Shown piece by piece: positions 1 through 12,300 of a stretch of DNA of 64,000 nt. The position numbers and the translations under genes are program-made. The notes below the pieces were generated by a model. It saw only the letters and a program-made list of their open reading frames with translations, searched no databases and was not told where the DNA came from. Source of the stretch: Ramazzottius varieornatus (taxonomy: Eukaryota > Animalia > Tardigrada); assembly GCA_001949185.1 (NCBI GenBank), contig BDGG01000003.1, positions 5,081,092-5,145,091 of the forward strand, in the 5' to 3' direction. Positions within the stretch are counted from its first letter, which is position 1, and every line of letters starts with the position of its first letter.

Positions 1-198
1 CCAAGCGGCGCGCGCCCTCAGCTAGTAACAATGAAAATGCGCGCCACTTGAAACAACGACCTTGGTGAATTCATTTGTCGAGGTTCCATTGGAAAACCTG
101 CACGAAATTTTCCAAATAAGAAGTATAAACGTATGATTAATTAATCGAGATATTCGCTGATTGATACGTCGAAGTCTTCAGGCAAGTTAAGCACGAAC

Positions 199-3100
199 CT
201 GCCCATAATCAGACACTGTTGGACGAAGCCGGAAGCGTCCATGGCGGGAGTATGGTCAAGTTTCACACTGCTACACCCCGAAAGGATCATATTGGCGCTG
301 GAGAAGCGCGAGTCGAAGATGGACATGTTAAAGAACTGCTGACCACAGCCATGTCCACAATAACTGAAAAATAAACCGGGCTTTTGCGTTTAGAGATCAA
401 GTAAAAACTTCCGACGTGAACTTACTAAACGAGCTCGTGCTCTTCAAAAGCGGTCTTGATGTCCTTGGCAGAGGGTGCTTTGCCCACTACACCATTCCAC
501 GTCTTGTTCTTCCTACAAACACAAAAGTTTTCAGTGGTCAATATGGTGGCGTGAAATTGGGCATAAGGCTGCTGGTGGATACTCACGCTTTGCGTTGGCG
601 GAACTCGACGAAGGACTTTTCGGTATTTGCCAGGTCCATTCCGGGGTTGACGATGTAGAAGACCTTGTCTCGCCGGAGAAGCTCCTCCTTGTATTCTGCC
701 AGCAGAATATTGGCGAACTGAATGGACGGAAGGCGAGAAACCGGCTGGCTCCGAAGAGTCGTGATGCTTTCCCACGGAAGACCATATGTATCCTGAAAAA
801 GCCAAAACCCAATGTGTGACTTGGATCCGAAAGAGAAAGTTCGGCAGATGAGCTCGACAGGATCATGTTCCCAAGTGGCGCAGGTTGTCGGTGTTACGAG
901 TTGGGTTGCGTGCGCCACTTGGGAATACGATCTTGTCAGGTTTCTGTGTCGACCTGCCAAATGGGAAAACTAGTTACGTATTTAAGGGAACCTGCAATAA
1001 ATTTATCGAGTTCGGAGCTAAGACGCTTACATTGTCCAGAACGAGAATCAGTGGATTTCGTGCACAAGTTACATCGTTGATGTCCACGAGTGGGTTTCTA
1101 TTGAGGTATGCAGCGACCTTCACCACCACTGCAGATCTTTCCGGTCGATTGAGCAGTTTCGAAGCCAGGCTCAACAGCTGTTGTGGTTTCATCACCAACC
1201 CGGACATCACCAAAATCTGAAAGAAACACCCAGTTTGAAGTTCAAACACAGAGTTTCATACGGAAGGCCGGTAAACGAAACGTTGAAGGTTCTCGTCTCC
1301 AGTGGCGCACGCTTCCCTACATTAACAGTGAAAGTGTGCGCCACTAACTGAGAAGAACATCTTTTACAGAGCGCACGCTCTCCTTTTCATTTACTGAAAT
1401 ACAGCGCCACTTAATGGTGAAATGATGCGCAACTCACTCGCAGGATGTTTTCTCCGACAGAAAGGGAGAATTCAGCAACGACCTTCTTCAGACTTCTCAC
1501 CCGATCTCTTAGTGTCTTTTGGTGTGCAGCGTCGACGGGCGAAGTCAGAAGCAGGCCTTTGGCGCAGCCCAGAAGTCCGTCCATGGCGTGCGTCATATCG
1601 CACAGTTCGACGTTGAGATTGGTGCGTACCTGCCAGTAGTCCCTTGCATCTTTGTACGATGTCTGGTTCTTCAGTCCACGGTCCAGGATATCACTCAAGC
1701 TATGGAGAACCATACTCTACAAGAGGAACGACGTGCATTTCACCATCAGAAAACGAAGCATGAACTTCTTACGTGGTAATGGTCGGGAACCGGAAGGTAA
1801 ATAGTGATGGGCTCCACGCCAGCTTCCCACCGAGTCACAACGATGTGCAAGATTCGTGAATCTTTGGGTGCATGGATGGGAAACGTGTGGTTTGTAGCGC
1901 AGTTGATTGTACAAACCACCCAGTTCACCGGGAGATTCTCAGTGACAAGTTCTCTCGGGACGTCGAAGGATAGGTGTGCAACTCTCTTCTCCAGAGCTTT
2001 GCTTCCTGGTGTCCATACATCGCTTTCCCCATGCCTACAAGTTCCCTCAGTCAGTACAACTTGTGAATAGCCCTGCTGGGAAATGGTCGAATGAGATAAT
2101 CCAATATTACAGTCACCTGCATATACACATTGCGTGCGCCTATCGTGACAAGCAAGTATGCAGGTTCATAAGAACAAGGGCGTGTTCTGCATACCAGCTG
2201 CCCATCCACATGCATACATTAATTTGTGCACTCGTCACGATGTAGGTGTATGCAGGTTCGTAAGAGACTGGTAAAACGCGTTAGCCGGCTTTTTATTACA
2301 CTTCAATGATAGTTTTTTCAGAACGAGATAGTGAAATAGATCGAAAAATATGGTGCTTACGTGAGGACTCTATTGTAGTACATCAATGCCAAGTGGTGGA
2401 ACTTCCCGAGAGTGCAGCTGTTCGCCAAGTGAGCCAGTTTCTTTTGTCCTTCGCGCTGACCAATTAGCATCAACAGAAGAATCGACATGAGCTTGTGCGA
2501 TGGGTAGATTGGAAAAGCTGACATGCCTTCCAGCCCGTCCGACAAGATTCTGATGGCTTCCTTCATCCCATCTGAAACGAACGTTCGAGACTGGAAAAAC
2601 CGCACGAAAATAAAAGCGAAAACGGATGCACGACTTAGACCTGCATACCGAAAACCAGAGTAAATGCAGACCTTGATGTATGCAGGTACGTGATAGCTAA
2701 TCAAAATGATGGATTACCTGAAAGGCCGCTGTCTGAAGACTCCACGATGGATTTGTCAGCCAGCTCCTGGATCTCCTCGTCGTTCATCGGCTGAAGGTTT
2801 TCCAGAAGCATCGTTTGTCGTCGCTTGGCCAGCACCTTCGGCTGCTGGTTTATTTCTTGGGTCATATCGGAAGGCACTTCCGGTTCGGCATCATTTTTCC
2901 CTCGTCTGCTGCGAGTCTCCTTGGAATCAAGCCCTTTCTTGATGTTGGGCTCCATCTTGGGCGGTGGCATCTTTTCCGGTGTGGTTGGTCGAGGCGTCAT
3001 GTACCCATTTGCAGGAATCTTCTTTCGTAGAGTGTCATGCGGAGTCGACGGAAGAACCTACGATGGAAAAATATTCACTGACCGATAAAAAAAAGACGAA

Positions 3101-6100
3101 TGTGCTGTGCTTTCGCGGATGTGTGCTGTACTTTGGTGGATGACGAGGTTGATGATGATGACGCCAGAACTTCTTCGGCTGGGGGGGCCCACATGGAACT
3201 GACCAAAGCCTGCAGCTCTTTTCTGGACCCCATCTCTTGGACGATGATGTTGAGGGCAGTGAGGTACTTTGCGAAGTACGTAATGTCCGGGTGGATCACC
3301 TCGAACTCGGGAAAGGATGCTACCATTTGTCTGACTATATCTGGCAATGTTTGTGGTGACGCCTTGAAACTCTACAATCAAACCACATGTAAGACTAACC
3401 TCAACCAGCGAACTGAATGGGAACGCGAAAAAAATAAATCCGACAAAATCCTTTTCCCAGGTGGCGCATGTTTTCCGAGCAGTTGGCTTGCCGTGTGCGC
3501 CACTTGGAAAACTCCGCAAGACTGTTTTCCCAAGTGGCGGCCGATTTTCCGGTGTTATTGACACACAGCATGCGCCACTTGGAAAAACGATCTTGTCCAG
3601 TTTGGTGATTTTGTAAGTGGCGCACGTTCTGAGTATTACTGACTAAAAGAGTGCGTCACTTGAGGAAACAATCTTGTCGTACAGTATTTATTTGCCCCGC
3701 TTTAAAAAACAGTTACTTAATGATTTACCTGGAAGCCGTTCGCGACGTTTCTTAGTCGTATTCGCGTCATGGGTGCGTGGATCAACGAGAAGACCTTCAA
3801 CATATGCTCGCCACTGACCTTGATGACACCTTTCTTGGCCAGCTTATACACTGCGTTCATCTTTGTCTGCAAAGATGGACCATCAGCACCTGCGTACAGC
3901 TGGCTGCACTGCTTGAAGATGGAGCCCTTTGACTCGGGGTTGTCATCGGACCTCAGCCTTAAGTGAGCGGTTTCGAAGAAGATAGCGTGCACGTCGTAGT
4001 CGACACAGCTGTCACACTGACAGTCGTTCTTGTGGGAGAAAAACTCCATCTTGATTAACTGGTTCGTCCCCATCATGTCGCTCTGGTCTTCGGGCTCCTC
4101 CGAACCTTGACAGCAATACGCGATGGAAGATAGTCTGAAACGGTTTGGGAAAAAGGAAGGGTCTTACCTGGTTCGAAGTCGAAGTCCGACTGGTGCGTGA
4201 TGGACATCTTGGAAGCTGCCGCTGACAAGGCGTCCATGTCGGACACAGGCTGGTTCTTCCTCGGCTTGGATCTTCCTTTGGTAGCGGTGGTAGGTGTCTT
4301 CTTGGCTCGTCGGAGCATGTCGGCCAGTAACGGTCGCCTTCTACCCACTAAGACATCTTCTACATTCTTCAACGTGGACCGAAACTCGGTCGACCTGAGT
4401 TTGTTCTGTTGACACTTGGCATTCAGAACCATGAACACCAGCTCCCTGTACAAGAAAACACCTGCTGTCAAAAAACAATTTGTGAGCTCGGCAAACTAAC
4501 TCGGCAAGATGTTCTCCCAAGTGACGCACACTTTCAGCCAATAATACAGCAAACGTGCGCCAACTGGAAAAACCATCTTGTCGAGTTTGTTTGCCCAAGT
4601 GGCGCACGCTGCCATCGAACAGCACTGAAAACGTGCGCCGCTTGGAGAACCGATCTTGTCGAGATTGTTTGATTACAGTGCCGGACACTGCAGCCTACCC
4701 GTGTTCACACGAGTCAATATATCAATCAACGCGAATAGTCAAATTAAGACTATACTAATGATTAGTTGATAGTATCATAATTATTTCAAAAGTTCAACGC
4801 TGTCGTCTCACCATCGACAGGAAACTTCATATTGCGCCCGATTCTGTCCGGTTGCCACGAACTGCTGGGCTTCGGTGGGTCCGCCAATCCACATCAGAAA
4901 CTGCGCCAGGTCGTGACTCAGTGTCAGATAGAGAAGCTTCGCTGTTAGACGAGTCCATAGTGGAGCATCTAAAACACAGAGGGACACTGAAAGTTTCAGC
5001 AATGAAGCTGCGCACCAAACGAAGTGACAGAACAACGAGAAGCAAAACTTCACCGGAAGGCAGCTGGACGAAGGAAATGAGATCGGCTCTGGCTTGTTCG
5101 AGAATCGAAAGCGGAGATGTGCTGGACGATATCCCTGTTCGCTCCAGAACAGCCTTGGGTTCGCGGGTGAAAGCATAGGCCAGGCAGCGAAAGTACTGCG
5201 CTTTCAGAAGCCGACTGAAATTCGCTTCTAATACGCCGAGATCCAAGATGGACTTCAGTGTGGAAAGGGCATCCAACGACGCATCCACCTGAAAACGTAC
5301 AGCAGGAGGCACGTCAGAAAACAAAAGTTAGCAAACCTTCATAGAACGACGGCGATCAGGAAACAACCAGTCTCTCACGCACCTAGATAAGCGATAGCAT
5401 GCATTTAGTAGGAAGCGGGAGTGCGCAGGTACAGGGAAGAGCTTGTCTTTCAGACAAATGCGTATGGGATGCCATGCACTGACTACGACCCGGAAGTATG
5501 CAGGTACATGAAAGACGTCAGACTGCTTACCTGTTTTTGGCTGAAGATCAGCAGCCAGAACGACTCGCTGACGAACTGCCCGTACTCGAAGAGACATTCC
5601 TGTCTTGACTGGCCCGCTCTATCGGACACTCGTTCCAGGAGAACAGCACCGGGATCGAAGAGGCGCAGATCTCTCAGTGACCGCATGTAGACGGCCGCAA
5701 CCGCGAAGATCTTCGCCTTGCTGATGTTGTCCGTCGCTGCTACGATCTTCCAGGCCAGTTGAGAAGCCAGTAGAGCCCAGTACGACTACCAAGAAAGAGT
5801 TAACGTGAATTCGGATTTCAGATGTTGGAAAGTGAAATTTCGTACCAGTCGATGAAGTTGAAATTTGACCGCGAGTTCGATGATGGTGGTGACAGCTTCT
5901 TCGACGATTCTGACGTAGTCTGGTTCTTGGATTATGCTGCCAAAAGACTGAAATGCTTCTTCAAGGCACTTCGCGGCATCGAACAGTGGCTGGAGAAGAA
6001 TCTTTTCTTCTTTCAGCGAAATCATTTCTTGCACCAACGTGGTCGAAGGAGGGTCGACTTTGGTGCTACCCTCGTCGTTGAAATCGAGCTTCACAGGTTC

Positions 6101-7602
6101 CGTGTTCTCTTCTCTTCTGGCTCTGTCATAGATCACCTTCCGCGCTGCCTTATTCCTGGCCTAGAAAGACGAGAATTTCCATTAAATATCAACTCAGCGA
6201 AACTCTGAACTCCAAACGAATTGACAAGCTCGTTTTCCCAAGTGGCGCGCGTTCAGTGTTAGTAGCCCCAAGGGTGCGGCACTTGGGAGAACAATATCGT
6301 ATCGGCAAGGCGGCTTTTTCCAGATCGCGCACGGTTCCAGTTAAGAACACTGAGATGGTGCACCACTTGAGATAAAAATCTGCTCAAGAGGCTGAGAAGT
6401 TGAGAGATTTTTTCCTTACGACTAAAGTTTCGACGCCCTTCGAGACGATGTAGTGATTGTCTAAGTGGAAGGAGAACAGCATTCTGGCTTTGATGATTGA
6501 GCTGACGTATGAAGAGTAGACGTTCAGCGAGGAATCGTTCATCAGGTATTCTTTCCACCGCCCAGCGACTGCCACAATGAAGCCTTCCATCTCCACCGAC
6601 CCCGCCATATCGGTGGAGAACTCTGTACTGATTGCAATGGCATCTTCCACAGTTACATTCTGACACTTCTTCAAAACTTTCACGACCTTGTCTACGAGAT
6701 CCACAGGGGAAACTTCCGGTTGGGAAACTCGTGAAACGTTCCTGACTATCGAGCAAAGTTTGTCCTGCCATAGTGATGTGGACGAGCCTAGTCCTGCTAT
6801 CATGTTTTTGAACGGGATGGACTCTAGAAAGACCTGTAGGATGTCTGAGTATCTGCCGTTCACTGAGTCTTCCTGGAGATGCTCTAGTCCCCAGTTGTAC
6901 AGCTGGATGTACATGCCTTCCGACACATCGATTATGTCTTTCTGAACCTTGAGTCCTTGCTGCTCTGCTTCGTCAAACTGCTCCCTGATTAACATGTACA
7001 TCAAGGTGGTGATGCGCAGAATCCGTGTGGGCTCGTTCTGCAAGAGAAAAAGCTGGAGTTTGAAAGAGAACTGCACGGTGAAACAGCAAGACTCAAGGCA
7101 ATTCAAGTCACTCGGTCACCACATGTTATCACATGACTGTAGTGCACGAAGCATAAGGGTGGCCGATATCTTGCCATAAACAAAGACCAGGACGTACCTT
7201 TTTGACGCATGCTCTGGCAATCTGGAAAAGGAACTGTAAAGTCATAACCTTGGACTTTTCATAGATGGAAAAGCCATGAAGAAGGGTCTTCTGGGTGGCC
7301 AGGATGGATCGTTCCACGAGCTCGAGGATATTAGCGAATCCGTCTTCATCGTCTTCTGGACGATTCTTCGCGAGACGGCTACACGCCTGTAACACGACGA
7401 GCAGCTTTTTCTGCACCCACTGGGCATCCTGCTCATTCTTAATCGGCAACTCTCGGTCGAAAGCACCCTGAGAAAACTCGGTGGATCAGAATGGTGACTC
7501 AACAGAAAGCGGAACGCTACTTACGTTGATGGCTTGGAAGGAGTCGCCATGTCCGAAGCCATGCGTTGAAAATAACGCCACTGCGTCGCTGAATGCCTGC
7601 AT
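199..7602 (-). CDS. ESPL1: Separase (peptidase C50), multi-exon; 3' end continues off the left edge of the window
   Basis: Spliced minus-strand exons give the separase hallmarks in the right order: HKNDCQCDSC Cys motif (~4000-4035), YWQVRTNL...LLGCAKGLLL (1411-1713 ORF), LILVLDN, LPWESITTLRSQPVSRLPS and FYIVNPGMDL (583-960 ORF), WNGVVGKAP, catalytic His in YCGHG (~345-362) and catalytic Cys in LSGCSS (~265-285). Putative ATG at 7602 (MQAFSDAV...) with a GTAAGT donor at 7524. Some N-terminal exon junctions were not resolved. Confidence 0.9.
868..925. repeat. Family A intronic palindrome (single unit)
   Basis: TTCCCAAGTGGCGCA...TGCGCCACTTGGGAA in a separase intron. Confidence 0.9.
2115..2257. 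repeat. Family B intronic inverted motif pairs (2 units)
   Basis: AC(C/A)TGCATA.-N~30-GTATGCAGGT twice in a separase intron; also at 2639-2687 and 5381-5505. Confidence 0.8.
3452..3662. repeat. Family A intronic palindrome array (3 units)
   Basis: Three (A/G)GTGGCG...CG(C/T)CACTTG units with AAACGATCTTGTC-type linkers in a separase intron. Confidence 0.9.
4490..4670. repeat. Family A array (2 units with outer arms)
   Basis: GGCAAACTAACTCGGCAAGAT, two units, then GATCTTGTCGAGATTGTTTG. Confidence 0.9.
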
Positions 7603-7775
7603 TCTTGTCGATCAGCCGCTTCAGCCTTCAGGATGAACTACTGCATAACATACTCTTTCCGCCAGAATCCCTCTGCTCAAAACACCTCACACTCATCCAG
7701 TGAGGTTATTGAAGTTTGAAGAAAGACTCCCAAGCGGTCTGGGAAGAGGAAAACGCACTGAAGTGAATAACTGAA

Positions 7776-7902
7776 CAGTGGCGGACGGATGATTTATTCA
7801 ACCGTCACCTACGACCTGGCAGGACCCGTACAACACTGTTGAAGTTGGGGAGCCGTTCTGTGCTCTCGACATTAGCTTGAATAAATCATCCGTCCACCAC
7901 TG
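7776..7902. mobile_element. hAT-family MITE, 127 bp
   Basis: ~26-bp terminal inverted repeats CAGTGGCGGACGGATGATTTATTCAA / TTGAATAAATCATCCGTCCACCACTG, flanked by a perfect 8-bp target-site duplication TAACTGAA (7768-7775 and 7903-7910). Confidence 0.88.
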
Positions 7903-8229
7903 TAACTGAACGTCGAAATTCAAAATGAAAACCAACGCAATCTCCCTAATCAACAATCAATCCAGGCAAGCCTGTGAAACAAAAGACAAAGCGCGAAACT
8001 GTGATAACGCTACACAGCCGTCAGTTTCGCTCTTACGGAATGCCATAACTAGCCGATGTAGCGTGGTTTAGCAGGCCGAGGACTATCATGTCACATCATT
8101 ACTGATGCCGCTAAGTTAACAAGGAACGAAGGTCGGTCTGAGAGTCCAAAACTCCAACAATTTTTCCATCCAAAGTACTCGGTCCTGGGCCCTGGCTACT
8201 GTTTCAAGGTAGTTTCAACTGCCGGTAAC

Positions 8230-8400
8230 TAGTGCTGGCAAAAATACGATAAAATTCGATACGATAATTTTCGATACGATATCGGCGGATATTGTATCGC
8301 GGTCTTCGATATTCATTCGATATCGATATTTCGATACGATATTTTTCCGTTACCGTATTTTCGATATATCGTAGCATATCGCAGCGATATACCGATATTT
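8230..8400. repeat. CGATA/TATCG-rich array, probable hAT subterminal repeats
   Basis: Begins with TAGTGCTGG (hAT-like terminus), then more than 10 CGATA/TATCG copies including TATCGATA at 8321-8328. No partner terminus found. Confidence 0.55.
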
Positions 8401-8779
8401 CTGGAATTTTTGTTTTTCGGAATTCCACTGGTTCAAGCCCAAAAACTCAAGAAGCCGATTTCCATATAAAGTATTAGTCAGATCGAAAGCGTCGGAAAGT
8501 TATCTTTGTAAGTTATCTTGATTTATCTCCAGACTCCAAAATGATTTCAACCGGTGACCGCCTACCCTGACCGGCGATTTGTTATCGTATCAAAGTCTGA
8601 CTCTACAACGAACCCATCATCTTCGGTCCCGCAGCTCTTTTCTCACCAGGCTCGCTTAACAGGTCTTGGGGATACTAGTGTGCGGGGTGAACAAACTGAT
8701 ACGGATGGATCAAATGGGTATCGGTAGCCCGATTTACGGGATAACATTATGAGCTCCGAACCACCCCTTTTTGACATGA

Positions 8780-9165
8780 AATTGTCGACAGTATCGAGGG
8801 GCATCGAGTGCTCGCTTCGCCACGGATAGAAGTTTCGCAAAACCGTTCGCCCTCTTGCGAAGATTTTGCCGAAAATCCAGGAGTAATTAGTCGCTGAAGC
8901 CCCCCCCCCCCCACATGGCGATAATTGTCAGAACAGATGCAGACGCACATTCGAGCTGTACGACGCCGTTATGACGTCAAACTTTGTCAGTCGAAACTTC
9001 GAATCGCTCCAAACTTTTCTGACGAAGTCATCTGACCAGTGGTCAGATGCCGAATGGACTTCACCATCGTGTTCCGCGATGTTTGATACAGTAGATTGCA
9101 TCAGCAGTCTAACTTTGCCCTTGGGGTCCCAAAACTTCAAAGTCGATTCCTGAACATTTTGATCA
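8780..9165. repeat. Dispersed degenerate repeat (other copies at ~34700-35010 and partially ~24056-24125), possible transposase remnant
   Basis: Blocks shared with the 34.8-kb copy: TGTC(A/G)GAACAGATGCAG, CGAAGTCATCTGACCAGTGGTCAGATG (identical), TGCATCAGCAGT(C/T)TAACTTTGCCC. The minus-strand CICSDN motif is weakly hAT/Hermes-like. Confidence 0.6.
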
Positions 9166-10061
9166 GCAATCATTATCCCGTAAATTGGGCTGCCGATACC
9201 CGAATGCGATTACCTTACAACAGCCAAACACAGAAAGAAGCGAACGCATACCTTCTTTTCCGGTCGTCCCCGTTTCCTGCCGGATCCGGAAATTGGAATC
9301 GAAGTTTTTCGAAAAAATTGCACTCACGATTTCTGGGCCGAAGTTGACGAGACTTCTTAGTCCACGTGTGCAGCATATCCGCACTATAGCCGACTAATCG
9401 GAGTTCTTCGCGGCCAGATAACCGGCGATCTCCGTAACGGCCGCTGGTTTCTCTGGCTTACCGATGGCCACTTTGGACGGCTGAAGCTTACACACCTGCT
9501 GTAACAAAATCACCAAAGATCAACCGAACCTACTCCATGTTGTAATCCATTTTTTTATGCAGTTTAGTCTAGTTTCTAACCATTTAGCAATTTCTACCAT
9601 TTTATGATTTATGTCTCCGGATTTTGTTCCTGTTTTCGCTTAAGCGTTGTCATTTATCTTCCATTCGGAGTCGACAGCGGCTGTTCGTTGATGCTAGCCG
9701 CTTGTGCAATTAACAGGCTAAACACCTCGGGTCTGGCTGACAAAACACGCTCGTTACACGTCGGCCTAAAGTGTCCACATGAACACGCTTAGAACACGTT
9801 TGCCGAAATTGAGGTACACTTTCGTCATTCCTGCAGGTGTTTCAAGCCTCTTTTCATAAAATTTTCTGACTAGGGAACGAAACTTTAAAATAAAACTCTA
9901 CATGGGACCTCGCCCTGACAAACTCCGAACTCGGTAACACTGTTTTCCCAAGTGGCACACTTCTACCGTGCTTCTGGCTGCAAGAATGCGCGACTTGGAA
10001 GAACGATCTTGTCCAGTTCGTCTATTTTCCCAAGTGACGCATGTTCTTGGTGTTATGGCTT

Positions 10062-10385
10062 ACTGGTGGCACAGATTGGTTCAGTAAGATCCTCGCGACG
10101 AAACCTGTGTCGCGTTCGGCAATGGTGTGGGCGCATCCCTCAACTGCGACTTTGGTGGAAGGGTCCTTGACGTACTTCAGAGCGTACATGAGTCCCCCCA
10201 CGATCTCGGGTCCGTGTTCTTTCAGTACTGGCCATTTACCCTTCAGTGTAGTCTGCAGGACAGCGCCGGTCCCCGCAGCAGTTACTGCTCACTATTCGAG
10301 AAGGCCTTGGTAGTATAGCTGCCTGACGAACTTGGTCAACTGGTCACCGTCTAGCATCTGGTGGTAGAAGGTCGCCACTAGCAAA
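10062..10385 (-). pseudogene. Disabled exon resembling maestro HEAT-like repeat protein (MROH1-like)
   Basis: Translates ...QGLLE**AVTAAGTGAVLQTTLKGKWPVLKEHGPEIVGGLMYALKYVKD...FVARILLNQSVPP, then a GTAAG donor. It resembles the remembered MROH1 segment VLQEKVPEIV...VVSSLLGSPLP and has an in-frame TAG TGA. Confidence 0.45.
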
Positions 10386-10794
10386 TGCGGAGCGGTTGTT
10401 CTTTGCGTGTGATGGACTAGGCATGTCGACCGTCGGAAGACCGGAAGCGTTCTTTCCACCTGGAACTACTCTAAATGAATGGTCCATGAAACACGGATTT
10501 GTTAAACGGACTCACCCAAATCGTTTGCCCAAGTGGCGCACGCTTCCAGCTGACAGCAGTGAGAGGAACTTGAAGTCTCCCGTCAATCAACAATCAAATC
10601 CGGAGATGTTTAGTCTATCTTAGTCCCGCCTATTTTAGTTCCGCTGCTCTTCCCTTCAGCTCTGGTTCTACCTTCCTTCACCAGTCAGCGTCCCTCTTCC
10701 GATCTTCAACGCGAAAGGTACGTGGAAGGGTAACCAAACAGGCGAAATAGCGTCTTTCCTGAACCAAACACCACTCTGCTTTCGTGCTTTCCAG

Positions 10795-12102
10795 ATGTTG
10801 GGCGAACTTCGGAATTTCTTCCTGTCTTACTCAATGTCGATATGCGCGTACTGCGGCCTCGTCGTCCCTGGGAATGACTTCTTTGTTCACGCTCTGGAAT
10901 CGGACGCTTGCCAGAGGATCCCAGTCGGACTCCGCGAGATGTTTCGTAGAAGAAGTAAGCTGAATGATCCTGTTCATCGTATCATCGATTTGATATCCTC
11001 AACGTCAAGCGAATTTTGTGTTAATTTACAGTGCAGCAGATTCGACAAGACGACAGACAGTCGCACCCAGACTGGTTTGTGAACCTTCCTGCAAAATCCG
11101 TCTCAAAGCGCGCTGTAAGTACTGAGCATGATGGGTCGTGTTATGCATCTGTGGTTTCAATTCTGCTGAGCCATTATCATTTGTCAAAACGTGAACATGG
11201 TTTTCTAGGTCCTTGCGGAGAACGCTAGCAAGCAAGTCAAACGATACAGAGATAACTTCGCCCGAACACTAGAGGAATGGAACAAGCCACCTCCCAGTGG
11301 TGGGAAGAAATGCCGACGTCCAGATCATATCGACCCAGCCATCTTCAAAGCCGTCGTTGAGCCCTTGATCGAGGAGGTGCTTGAAACTGCTGACCGTCAA
11401 GAATCGCGTCACACACATGGCAGTTATTTCGTTAGAGGAGAAGACGAAGCGTTTTGCGATGGAGATGGCCTGTTCAGGTGCATGTGTGGTGGTGAGGACG
11501 TCGGCTGTCAGCAAGGATTTTCGTCTAACCCGTTCGACATTCTAACCGAGCTGGTGTTGATCGAAGCCTACCACATTGACCATCGTGTTAGTCAAAACGG
11601 CCTGGCCCGGTACGTCTACAATACTGCCACCACCGTCTACAACTCCCGCGGATGATTGAAGTTCNNNNNNNNNNNNNNNNNNNNNNNNNNNNNNNNNNNN
11701 NNNNNNNNNNNNNNNNNNNNNNNNNNNNNNNNNNNNNNNNNNNNNNNNNNNNNNNNNNNNNNNNNNNNNNNNNNNNNNNNNNNNNNNNNNNNNNNNNNNN
11801 NNNNNNNNNNNNNNNNNNNNNNNNNNNNNNNNNNNNNNNNNNNNNNNNNNNNNNNNNNNNNNNNNNNNNNNNNNNNNNNNNNNNNNNNNNNNNNNNNNNN
11901 NNNNNNNNNNNNNNNNNNNNNNNNNNNNNNNNNNNNNNNNNNNNNNNNNTACCAAATGCTACGTACGAGACGGAACTTCCTCTTCGTTCACTCCTCTCAT
12001 CACAACAGGAGGCGCCATCCAGACGTCATCGATGACAATGAAACCCTCATCCCTGTGTCAAAAGACCAGCTTCTGTGGTCAAACGCTACGGTTATTCGGT
12101 GA
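10795..12102 (+). CDS. CAD/DFF40 (DFFB)-like His-Me finger endonuclease, divergent, spans an assembly gap
   Basis: Exons 10795-10954, 11032-11114, 11209-~11609 and post-gap 11950-12102; the first two introns are clean GT-AG. The protein has HPDWFVNL..SKRA, HGSYFVRG..FCDGDGLFRC..GC..NPF..YHIDH and YQMLRTRRNFLFVHSSHHNRRRH. These are collinear with DFF40 motifs DPPWFEGL, NGSYFDRG, LCTPEGWFSC, INPY, WNLDH and LLFTSENLKLVHIVCHKKTTH (from memory). The TGA at 11653 may lie in an intron opened by GTACGT at 11610. Confidence 0.78.
11665..11949. other. Assembly gap (285 N)
   Basis: Run of N. Confidence 1.
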
Positions 12103-12300
12103 ATCTTCGCTATATAGAGATTTCATGCCGTAAGTACTGGAATCTCGTCCCAGACCACGGCGAAGTCGTTCCTAGATATGTGTGTTTCTATTAATACAAT
12201 ACATCGTAGAGTGGCAAACAAGTCGAAAAACCCTTTAACGTTCCGTTTACTGAACCACTGCTGCAACTTTAGTAGAAAGGAACAAAAGACTACTTGGTAA

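Noticed and set aside
3058-3564. ORFs containing KWRT / CATW / VRHL / SGAR peptides (here and at many loci)
   Set aside because: These are translations of the family-A palindrome, not a protein family.
3452-3662. CRISPR-like appearance of the family A/B repeat-spacer arrays
   Set aside because: The context is eukaryotic and intronic, arrays have only 1-3 units, the arms are inverted rather than direct repeats, there are no cas genes, and family-A spacers derive from one consensus.
11542-12035. Long poly-X ORFs
   Set aside because: Artefacts of the N gap.
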